DNA of 62,910 nucleotides from Ancylonema sp. (Eukaryota), in contig JBFLGF010000205.1 of the NCBI GenBank assembly GCA_050230475.1, forward strand, positions 1-62,910, in the 5' to 3' direction. Made by a program: the position numbers and the translations under genes. Each line of letters opens with the position of its first letter. The first letter of the stretch is position 1. Under the pieces are notes generated by a model. That model saw only the letters and a program-made list of their open reading frames with translations, was not told the origin of the DNA and searched no databases. Positions 39,207 through 50,589 of this stretch are shown here, piece after piece.

Positions 39207-41381
39207 ATGGCAGAACATTTGGCATCTATCTTTGGGACTGAGAAAGATCGTGTGAACTGCCCATTTTATTTCAAAATTGGAGCCTGTCGTCATGGAGACC
39301 GATGCAGTCGATTGCACACTCGCCCAAATTCCAGCTTGACTCTCTTGTTTGCAAACATGTATCAAAGTCCCGATGCTGGACTAGCGCAAACAGGGGGCGT
39401 AGACGCTAATGGGAATATCGTGCAGATGGACCCTAGAAAAATGCAGGAACATTTCGAGGACTTCTATGAGGACATATTCGAGGAGCTGTCGAAGTATGGC
39501 GAGGTTGAAAATCTCAACGTGTGTGACAATCTCGCGGACCACATGGTGAGTCTGATGACCTTCGCACCACCCCCAGGCAGCTACCGCAAAAGCATGGGTT
39601 TTGGACTCGCCTTTCAGACCGCCATTTTGCAATCTGGGTTTTAAAGGATGCACTTTCAAATGTGCCATCTTTCGATAAAAAAACGGGGCTTGGAGCTGTC
39701 CACTATCCATATATATAGTTATCGCCCTGACTTCGTTTGAGAATCAAATCCGTTTTTGTTTGGCAATTCACAGATAGGGAACGTGTACGTGAAATTTCGT
39801 GAGGAAGAACAGGCTTCAGCGGCGCTTCACTCTATGAGTGGAAGATTCTATGCCGGTAAGGTCACGAACTCTATCCCCCACGTTCTCCATGCCCACCTCA
39901 GCTGCGATCACAGTTCCTGTAATCCAGAACGCTAACTAACTGACCGCCGAAAGTCTTCTCGTTCATAATTCTGGTCGTTATACACATTTGCCGCAATCCT
40001 TCACCTATTGTCAATGCGATGTTCGCATACGTCGGGTTTCCTGCATTCTTACATCCACCAATTAAACCCTCCACGCTCATCTGACGTCATCATCGGCATT
40101 ATTGTCCACGTCAGGCCGCCCAATCATGGTGGAGTTCTGTCCAGTGACGGACTTCCGTGAGGCCACGTGCCGTCAATATGAGGAGAACACTTGCAACCGA
40201 GGAGGGTATTGCAACTTCATGCATCTCCGGAAGATCGGAAAGTAAGTCCGGGGGCGGGGGCGGGGGCGGAGGCGGGTACTAGAAGTCTGCAGCTCAGGAA
40301 GATCAAGTTCCGGTTCAGGTTCCGGTTCAGGTTCAGGAATTTGCAGAGGATCCAATGGAAGTGACACATAGTTCCTTCACATTCCGTACATTCCGTACAT
40401 TCCGTATGCGCATTCCGGACAATCACAATCAACCCCATTTCGTCCTGCCTAGTATGATGAGCTGAACCACCTCCCAAGTGGCTGCAACCCGCATGAAGTC
40501 CAGAGTAGGGTTTAGGGTGTAGGGTTTAGGGTTTACTCCAGTGCTTGCCCGCACGTGCCTGCTGAACCCTTTCTCCCCGACCCCCTGTCCCCCCAGAGAC
40601 CTGCGCCGTAAACTTTTCGGCCACTACCGCCGCAGCCGCAGCAGGAGTTACTCGCCCTACGGCCGCGGGGAGGCCAGGGGAACAGGGGAAGATAGACGGT
40701 AACCGTCAACCTCTATTAAGACATCCTCCATAGAAACACACCCTTTCCAAAGGCACGAGAATTGGGAAACGGAATCCATCCATCCATCCATCCATCCATC
40801 CATCCATCCATCCCTTATTACTACCCAGTGTAAAAAGCATACCCTCTACACAGGCAAGTACGCCTTACCGGAGGTTTCCGTACATGTCTCCTGCCTGGTC
40901 GCCTTAACCTCACACACACAAATACGCATGCAGAGAGTTTGGTGGCGGAGGCGGCGGGGGGGGCGGGTACCGCGGCGGGGGTCGAGGCGGGGGCGGGGGC
41001 GGGGGCGGGTATCGCGGAGGGGGTCGTGGAGGGGGAGGGGGCGGGGGCGGCGGTGGCGGCAGGGGTCGTGGGGGTTACTACTCCGGAAGCGGACATTATG
41101 ACCGAGATGACAGGGGGGGGGGCGGGTCTGGGGGGGGGGGGGGATATGGGGGAGGCGGGGGAGGAGGAGGAGGAGGAGGCTATGGGGTGGACCGGCGGGG
41201 GGTCGCGGTTGGGGATAGCAGGAGGCGTGAGAGGGACCAAAGTAACAGCCCGGGGAGGCGAGGGGATCGGGAAGGGAGTGCGGAGAGGAGAGCCAAGATT
41301 GAGGCCTGGAATAGGGAGAGGGAGGACAGGGATAGGGGGCCGGGAGAGGGGCCGCTGGGGGTGCCTGGGGCAGGGTACTGA
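39207..41381 (+). CDS. U2AF35: U2 snRNP auxiliary factor small subunit (U2AF35); exons 39207-39545, 39774-39855, 40115-40241, 40597-40698, 40934-41381
   Basis: [37 protein letters not shown] (CCCH 1), UHM with [46 protein letters not shown] (CCCH 2), RS/RGG tail and plant-type [19 protein letters not shown]; junctions in frame. Confidence 0.97.
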
Positions 41382-42629
41382 TTCTGATGCAGAGACCAGA
41401 AGTGAGCCACATGTAAGAGGTGTGTGTGCCAGGTGTCGGTCTGTGTGTGCCAGGTGTCGGTCTGTGTGTGGTGTGGATCTGGTTGGACATATGGGTGGGG
41501 GAGGGGGTGGGGGTGGGCGTGGGGTTTCTGCTGCGTCATGTCAGATTTTGCCACCTCGAATTCGCAGACTGCAGAATCATGTGGTGGTAGGCACGTAGAG
41601 GTGGTGTTTGTTTTCTCGAAATTGGTGCAGGCAGGATGCATGAACGGTTTGATTTGACGGATCGGATTCGACAGATCAAGGTGTCGAAGCGCCAAGTCCA
41701 CCTGAAAAAGAGTTGTGCACAATTGAGATAGGGGGATCCTCGTGGAACGCAGTTGGCTCCTCTTTTCCGAAAACATGTAGTCCCACTGCCATTAGGTTTT
41801 CAACGGGCATTCGGTGGGGCTGTTGAGATTTGCACATGGAAAGGGGAAGGCTTCGGAGGGGCCTGCGAAACACAATACGAATGTCTGCTGGTACAGGATT
41901 GCCGTTGGTATTGTTGCATTGGCGGATACCCGTATGCAGTGTTCGCGGGTCAAACCCCTTGTGTATGGTTTCTCACTTCCATAGATTTACGGGTTTTTTT
42001 TTTTTTTTTTTTTTTTTTGGGAAGTTTAAAAACCCAAATAACCCAAAACAAACCCAAAAAAAACTCAAAAAATAACTTAGTGTGTGGATAGATTTACGGA
42101 GCGGATTGCTTGTGCAGGCTTTGGCCGGGTGTGATGCACGTGTAGGCGTTGATGTGATGTCATTGATTGTCAGGTGGAGTCGCAACGCAACGCAAGACTC
42201 GTGCAGGCAGGCCGCAGAATGACACGATACGGATGCAGGCTTGCAGGCGCATGAGAGGACGGTTTTTGGACTTCAAATGCAGATGCGTAGTCGGAGGCGC
42301 TATTGATGGTCGCAGAGATGGAAAGCAAAGTGGATAGGCAATGGTTATGTTCTTTGAAAAGAAAGATTTAGGGTTGCGTTTTGATTGCCGAGCATAAAGT
42401 TTTGTTGCTTATCGTTTGCAGATTTTTCTTGTCCAGGTTGGGAGCTGGGGTCAGTGGTGTCCCAAGAGTGAACATATTGAATGTTGGAATTGGAAACGAT
42501 TGGAATGCGAAAGCATCGTGGAAACGGAAAATGGAAATGGAAATGGAAATGGAAATGTGGTGTAAATGTGTGTTGCCCTTGCGTGTGATTTGACCCTTCC
42601 GGCGACCTTCGACAAGAAGTCATCAATAC

Positions 42630-43734
42630 CATAGTTGCACGGACCGGCAACGTTGGATTTTCGGACCGCGGTCGGACCGGGTCCCGAGTCGGGACCCGGT
42701 TGGACCGGGGAACTTTTAGGTTTTTTTTACTGGACAATTTTTCCGCGGGGAAAAAGGACGGGGTGCTTCATTTGTTTTCAGTACCTCACATGTGTGATAT
42801 ACATGTGTCATTTGTGGCTTGCGAAGCTATAGAAAAATTACCAAGATAAATAAAATAAAATAGCATATTCATATCCAACCGTCCATTGATTGCGATGGTG
42901 TAATTCCAAATTGACAAAATGGCTGAAATTTTGGTGTAAGTTGGTACTTGGAAGTGTGTCATTCGGAGTGAGGAAATAATTTTGGGGAGTGACGAGCTAG
43001 GAGTGGGGAGTGGGGAGAGAGGTTTATGAAGGTGTTATCGGGGTAAAAATAGAACAAAATTTGTGGGTGTAGAAGTCGTAATGTTTTTCTTTCCGTTTTA
43101 CATAAGTATGGAGTTGTAGGCAAAGATAGATGTTGACACGGTAAGTATATTTTAGATAGGGAAGTTACCCATTTATTTATGTAGGATAGGAAAGTGAGAA
43201 GTGAGGAATGTATTTGCAAGGTGGAAAGAAGTTTGAATACAAGGTTGTGAGCGTGTAAAAAAAAATCCAGGATGATATTTGATATATGTGTTTCTTATTT
43301 TATTTAATTCCATGATACAATGTCTCTTCATATAAAAAAATTGAGCCTCACATGAGCATCGTTTCAGAATTACATTGCAACTTATGGAACATGAAAATAT
43401 ATGGAGTACTTACAACCATTCCAAATGACCTAGGGCATTTTCTCACGTGATATCTTTCGAAAGTGGTGAAAAACGATATCTACAATGATGCATTGCAAGT
43501 TTTAATTACTTATTTGAATGGTCTAACATTTTTTTGACATTTTTATAAGATGAGGAATATAATTGTGTGCGCGAAAAAAATACTTCCGGAGTTTTCTCCC
43601 AACGGAAAACAGCTTAAAACCCACAAAAACCGATATTACCCTAAACAGCCGGTCCGGATTTTTGACCCAAAAGGACGGACCTCGGTCCGGAGTCGGGACC
43701 TCGGGACCCCGGTCCGCCGGTCCGTGCAACTATG
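42630..43734. mobile_element. Non-autonomous hAT-type element, same family as 5919-7029
   Basis: Ends CATAGTTGCACGGACC ... GGTCCGTGCAACTATG; TSD ATCAATAC at 42622-42629 and 43735-43742. Confidence 0.92.
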
Positions 43735-43742
43735 ATCAATAC

Positions 43743-44381
43743 CATAGTGGGTCCTCGAGCCGGAAATTTTGCACGCCGGCTCGGAGCCGGAGCGCACGTG
43801 CGCCGCCTCGGAGCCGGGCGCGCAAAATCCGCGAGCGGAGGGGGACCCACAGGAACAAACAAACAAAACAAATGGTAGCCCCGTCCCCTGCTAAACGGTG
43901 GACTATTATCCTTGCGTAGTACTGTTTCATTACACTATGTATTATCCCGTCATTATCCCGTCCCCGTTTGCAATTCTCCCTTGTCGTTTGCAAGCTATAA
44001 TTTTGTCGTTTAGCACATCTCCCGTTCATCGTCTTTTCCCGTACCATCGTTGTCCTCCCATTCCTTCGTAATGTGTGACACTCATGGACTCATAGTTGCA
44101 TCCCGGACCATCCGGGGATCTCCGCACGCGTCCGGGCCCGGACGCATCCCGGACCGGGACGCCTCAGCCAAAATCTGATATCCATATTTTTGGAACCCCC
44201 ACATTTGTGTGACTTCAAAATGAAAACCTTTTTTTTTTTTTTTTTGCATCTTAGTAGCGTCCCGGACCGTCCGGGAATCTCCGGACGCATCCAGGACGCG
44301 TCCAGGGCCGAAGCCGGCTCGCGCGCGCGCCAGCTCGAAATCGGGCTCGTAAATTCCGCGAGCGGAGCGGGACCCACTATG
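43743..44381. mobile_element. Second non-autonomous hAT-type element abutting the first
   Basis: Ends CATAGTGGGTCC ... GGACCCACTATG; flanked by ATCAATAC at 43735-43742 and 44382-44389. Confidence 0.88.
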
Positions 44382-45032
44382 ATCAATACAACAATTCTCA
44401 ACAAATCATTCTTGGGTGAACCTGCAAACTTGCAACCTCCAATCTCGCACATGGACGAGCCCGTGTACTGTTGGATGCATAATTGGCTCGAAATCAATAT
44501 TGTTGTGCTCATTCTTTGCACCAAGATATGCATTTGCATATCTGTACATCAAACGGGTGTGAAAACAATTCACCACAATGGGGTCATCAATGGGATTCAA
44601 TAATTTTAATTTATCGAGAATGTGTTTGTCAATGTATCTATAGATTTACACCCACACAAAAACTGTACACAAGATTTGTGGTGTCGGGCGTCGACTCGGC
44701 CATCCTTGTGGGTTACGGAACCGGCCTTTAGATTCATGGAAGAGCAGGTCGTTACAACACGTTGAGACACGCGCATCTTAAAAGTTGTCAAACGTGTCTA
44801 ACAATTGCTCGAGGGGACTTTGCACGCGTTATAAGGCACGGTTCTTACAATTAGCAAACCAAGGTCCTTATTTGCGACTTTTAATAATATGTGGTTAGCT
44901 TGGTATGGTTGTATATATTGGTTGAATGATGTCGACACATTGAGAGAGTATCGTTGTGAACATTAGCTACGAGGAACAATGCCACAAAACAATTACATCC
45001 GAGGGGGCTGAGAGGCACATGCTTGTGCCGCG

Positions 45033-45472
45033 GTCACTATATCGAGAGAAAGTGAAATTCAGGTCGATATTTTTAAACGGAGGTGGATCATCTAAACGGA
45101 TTTTTTTTTTACATCCTCTCGCTATAGTAAAACCCGTCTACATGACTAATGTTGGAACCATAAAAAAAAAATCAAATTAGACTGGTTATTAATTTACGCG
45201 TCACATTTTGGCTGAAAACAATTCGGGTGGAATATTATGCGTTAAAATAGACACGTTATTCGCTTTCACAGTATAAATTTAGACAGGTTTCATCGTATAG
45301 TGACATCGCAATACAAAAATCTGGGATTTTTTGGTCACTATAACGTGTGTCACTATAGCGATTGTCACTATATAGAGTAGGTTTTTATATAGGATTAGAA
45401 AAAGGGCAAAAAAAAAGTCACTATATCGCGATTGTCACTGTACAGTGTGTCACTATATCAAGAACTGCACTG
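45033..45472. mobile_element. Pogo-like MITE, one end truncated, inverted relative to the next copy
   Basis: Right end CACTATATCAAGAACTGCACTG + TA; reverse-complement match to 45567-45988. Confidence 0.82.
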
Positions 45473-45566
45473 TACTGCCCTCCATACCGCTGCGGGGCAC
45501 CGGGGGGTACAAACGTAATAACCGCCACCACGTGAATCTTGCGTCTCCGAATCCGAATCCGGGGTA

Positions 45567-46110
45567 TAGTGCAAGTTTTGATATAGTGACACACTGTACA
45601 GTGACAGTCGCGATATAATGACATTCTTTTTGCCCTTTTTCTAATCCTATATAAAAACCTACTCTATATAGTGACACACGTTATAGTGACCAAAAATTCC
45701 CAGATTTTTGTATTGCGATGTCACTATAGAGTGAAACCTGTCTAAATGTATACTGTGAAAGTTAATAACGTGTCTATTTTAATGCATATTATTCCGTCTG
45801 CATTGTTTTGAGCCAAAATGTGACGCGTAAATTAATAACCAGTCTAATTTCATTTTTTCTAATGGTTCCAACATTAGTCATGTAGACAGGTTTTACTGTA
45901 GCGAGAGTATGTTAAAACAAAAGCCGTTTAGATGAGCCAGATCCGTTAAAAACATCGACCTGAATTTCACTTTTCTCGATATAGTGACATTTTCCTATTG
46001 TCGCCCTATCAATTGTACACTATACAGTGTATAGTGACAGCCCTAGCATTCGATATTGTGACATGAAATCCCCATGTCTATAAAATTGTCACTATATCGA
46101 GACTGCACTG
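45567..46110. mobile_element. Pogo-like MITE, complete
   Basis: TA + TAGTGCAAGTTTTGATATAGTGAC ... GTCACTATATCGAGACTGCACTG + TA. Confidence 0.85.
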
Positions 46111-46763
46111 TATTTCCAATCATTGGAAATGGCAATCAACTGAACGCCCGGACTCGAATTTATTTGGACTTTTTCCCGCCAATCAAAATGATTGCTCACT
46201 TTGACCCAACTTCCGATGCCCGCCTGGGGTTCGCCCTGCGTAGCTTGACTCGTCCTCATTGGCTGACCACTGGGTCTACCTGGCCTCATCTGGCCTCATC
46301 TGGTCCAGGTTCGTTGGTACCTGCGGCGACACCCGATTTCCGTACGCTTACACGAAGTTTGGACCAATCTCGTGCTAGCGCGACGTCATGGATTGATGCT
46401 ACCTGCGTCACGGGTTTGGTCATGATGAATCCCTGACGGTTTGCAGGCCTGTAACAGCTCCGCCTTGATGGGCCTTGATGGGTCTCACCTATGATGACTA
46501 GATGCCGCATTTCAAGACTCGAGGAACGGGATTGAACGCGACCGTACTGGAACGCTTCTGGCCAGCAAGAGGCGGCAGTTCTTGCAGCGTTCAGGGAGTC
46601 ACTGCTGCTGCGTCACGCGTGCTGCACTGCTGCGCGAGGCAGCACAATAGCCCTGCTTTGTTCTGCTTCGTTCCCTGTTCCGCAACTACTATTCTGTCCT
46701 TTTCCCGTTCGTTCGTCCTGCTACTCTCATCTTAAATTTTGATCAGTGAGCCAGTGACGAGAG

Positions 46764-48428
46764 ATGGTGGAACTCAGCACCTCCTTTCTAAACTGGATAA
46801 GCCCGGGAAGATTACCTGGACTTTCTCGTGTCGGGGCTTCCGACCAATCTGGTTCAAACCTTCGACAGGACCCGCAATCGACTCGCTCCGATGTCAACTT
46901 TGGCATCTTTCCTCTCCCTTGCATTGTGAACAATTGTACTGACGACGCATGTTGCAAGAACGGCATAGGACCTGCGAACCCTCAGCCCGCACCTGTCCTC
47001 TGGGCCACGCGTCATCACAACGGAAGCATAACCGTGGACCGTGCGGTACCTTCGTGGCTGGATCACGATTCAAACATTCAACCTCAAGTGAGGGAACGTC
47101 AGACCACATCGGCACAACCTCCTCCCCCTGCCGTATTTTTAGGCGCGACTTTGTCTGATGGTCCGAATAACGAACCAGCTTCTTGCTCGACTGAAATGCA
47201 AGCAGCAGGAGCAAAGCAGAAAGCACCTCGCAAGAAGGGACCAATCAAAGCCCGCGCTTCGAAACCGCAGAAGCTTCGGCCGTAGTCACGTCCCCTATGT
47301 TCAGAATCCGCCGGTCTCACGGCCGAAGTGAGAGACCTAACCACTGCCACGTGGAGGGCAGCGCCTGGCACGAATCCCACAGGCATCGCGAACGCCGAAT
47401 CATACGCTGGCAAGCCCTTGACCGAAGATCATTCGAATCTGACGGCTGCTACGAACCAGGTTTCGACGTCTGGACTGGTGGACATAGGTGCTGGACTATT
47501 GCTCTCCCTTAGAAACGGTTCTGGCGTATGCCCCCCGCGCGATACAGGGCCAACCATGGAGAACTCCCAACTGGGCCTTAGCCTCTCCACACCTCAATCC
47601 GACGGATTCGGGCTCCGTACAGATGTTTCTGCACCTCTGGATGCAGGACACGTGGAGATGGAAACGGATGCGGAGATGAGGGGAGAGGGAGCTGTGGTGC
47701 AGGCATCAGGTGACGGGGGCGGGGGCGGGGGCGGAGATGGGGAGTCCATGATCACTCTGAAGCTCTTCACAGAAGGTCCCTTCGTTGGGAATACGGGCGG
47801 CTACCCCGCAGCCCCCCCACCCTCCCCACCCAACCCGGCCACAGCACCATCTCCAGCGGCGGAAGGGGACATGGCAGTACAGGGCCAGGGGCTGGGGCAG
47901 GTGCAGGGACAGGGACAGGGACAGAGACAGGGGCAGGGGCTGGGGGGGATCGGATTCACGGGATATCCGTCAGCTGTGAGGCTGGTGCAGGGCCAGCTGT
48001 ACGTGAAGCCCACACCCGAAGACGGGATCGTGAAGTGGCTCAAGTACGGCCAGAAGTGCATCCGCAAGGGGGGGTGGGCGCGCGACCGGGGGTACTTCAA
48101 GTGCGGCACCGGCAGCGACTTCCGGTGCCCCGCGCACAAGTGGGAGGACAGAATGAACGGAGGGTGCCAGGTCACGTACGTCAAGGACCACAACCGGCAG
48201 TGCATGCAGCTGCAGCTGAGGATCCGTTCGGTGGCGTGGGGGATTTTGGAACCGGAGCAGCCACCCGCGAGGAGGCAGAAACTGAAGCCCACGATTCGGG
48301 CGTCGCAAAATGCCGTGGCTGTGGACTTGCCTGTGGCTGTAGCTGTGGCTGTGGATCAAGAGGAAGTCACGGTAGTGCAGGCTGCTGAGCACAACAATGC
48401 AACGGGCATCGAGGTTACAGCTGTCTAA
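46764..48428 (+). CDS. Intronless atypical WRKY-like protein; one frame from ATG 46764 to TAA 48428 broken by a single TAG at 47283-47285 (possible pseudogene or shorter product from a downstream ATG)
   Basis: DGIVKWLKYGQK...RGYFKC-x7-C...VTYVKDHNRQC resembles the WRKYGQK + zinc-finger domain; ORFs 46764-47285 and 47328-48428 are in the same frame with no other stop between. Confidence 0.72.
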
Positions 48429-50589
48429 GTTACGGGTCACAGGTTACTGGTTACTAAGTTACGGGTGACGGGTCACTGGTTACTAGGTTACGGGTTGCAA
48501 GTTCAAGTGGAGGCTGCGTAGCGTTGGTGTGGTGTGGTGTGTAGGGAGAGTGGGACTAATAGTGTCAGAGATTCACTATCTCTGCACTAGAACTTCATTT
48601 TTGACTGATTTTGTGAAGCTCTAGTTGGGACATACTGACCTGAAGTGTGGTATGAAGCCAGGCTGCGCGGAAACAGCCTTCGTCTCTCAGTTTAGTCCAT
48701 GTCAGCTTTTTGGAGGGGATAATGGGATAATGTTTGCTATTTTACTCACCTAGTTCAGCACTAGTCTAGGGGTAATAGCACAGTGTGCAATCAGGAATCA
48801 GACAGGAATCAGACAAGGTCGTGGTCTTGACATCAAAGCCGGGTTGGCTTACGTGTACAATTGCATCATATGTCATTTTTTTACAAGCAGTCACCTCTTT
48901 GCATAATGTATCGATTGTTTGTAGTAGCATGTATACAACTTTGTTGTTTGGTTGACACACATGTGTAATGTATTTTCTGAAGTAGTCTTCTTCATGTTAC
49001 TAGTCGGTTCACTTCAACTCCAGAATGAACTTATGACTATTGATGTTCCTTTCAAATTTATCCCACAAGATGTCAATGTACGGGCAACCTAACCTTATAA
49101 GCACCGCATATTGGTTTCCAAGGTACCTCTCCGTCTGAAATAATTGGAATGTCTTGGTCAAAGTTGCACGAAATGCAACACCCTTTTCTCGCAATTTGGG
49201 AAGGTAGTTGTAAGTTAGAGAGCTTTGTAAAACACTTCGAAATATTGTACACCGTCGTTCATTACAATAGATCACGAGTAGCGCACATTGCCGAAAGTGG
49301 TTCGTTTGTACAATACCTTGCTTTGTCATGCATATACCTTTTGTAGGTTTGGTTGTGTCTCGATCCCCCGATCCATGAACACGCCCTGATCCGGATTGGA
49401 ACCGGATTAGTTCAACTAGACTTCAATTTAGAAAAAAAAAAAAAAAAAAAAACCATGTAATTTCGAGTTTCACCTTATGATCGGGGTTTAGATTCAATTC
49501 CAATCTGGGTCGGGTTCGGTCCGAAAAAGTGGATCGGAAATTTCTCAATCGAATCGGATACAACTTGACTTCTTGAGAAAGTGGTTTATATATGGGAATT
49601 GAGCCTTATATTCTTTTGTGCCAATAAAAGGAAATCGTCAAAAAAAACTTATTGAACTCTTGTTGAAGGTAGAGTTTAGTGTCAACGTTGTCGAAATCCA
49701 TTCGGGTTCTATTTTTTTTTAACCAATCTATGCTCCAAAACTACGTGATTTATATATTTATAACTCTAAAGTAACCAAATGGTCTTCCAACAAGTCAAAC
49801 CTCGTGGAATGACATCGGATGTTCGAGCATATACAACACCATATATCGTTTGTGTGATAATTCCTCCACGCAGACTCTAAAGACTAAGCTTACGTACTTC
49901 ATATTAACATAGCAATTCACGTACATAGAGTTCTCGACAACATGCGGGGTACTCGTTTCAAAACCATTATGTTTTTTCTATAAATAATTTTTGCACGAAC
50001 CGGCCCTCCTTTTTCTTTGAAACCGAGGGGGCAAGCTGTTTTTTAGGAATTTACTTATATTCGAGGTTATGTACATTTTTACATCCACCAAATTTACGTT
50101 AATGGTAAGGATGGAAAATTGCGGTTGCCAAGGTAATTATACATTTGTAGAAATAAAAAAGCATATTTGGCGAAGATTTCATGTTCGTGTCCGTTTGATT
50201 GTGCGCCACTTTGAGACTCTCGTGCGTTTTTAGTAGTCAAAATGTTCACAATTTTCTCCCGCGTATAACGAACACCAAATTTCCTAAATCTACTAGTAAT
50301 TCCAAAGATATTGAAGTACATCAAAGGTATGAAGGATACGAAGAATGCATACTTTTTGTTATGTTTATGATGATTTTGATGAGTGCCAAGCTACTTTTGC
50401 ACTTGACAACCACCTGTCTAAACCTATGAATCAAAAAGAAAAAAAAAGAACTTCTTGAACATGGACATGATGGAAAAGTTGTTGTTTTAATAGAAATGAT
50501 GAGTTCCATCAACACGACTCGAAACGTTGTAGCCGCGAAAGTGATTAGTTCGATAGATTACCTACTTCTTGAACTTGATGTGTATTTTT

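Noticed and set aside
40821..41776. Long Gly/Pro-rich ORFs in other frames over the U2AF35 last exon
   Set aside because: Low-complexity G-rich sequence; the spliced frame ending at 41381 accounts for the conserved motif.
47283..48689. Selenocysteine or pyrrolysine recoding via the 3' hairpins
   Set aside because: The stop is TAG not TGA, no SECIS core was identifiable, and pyrrolysine is not known in eukaryotes.
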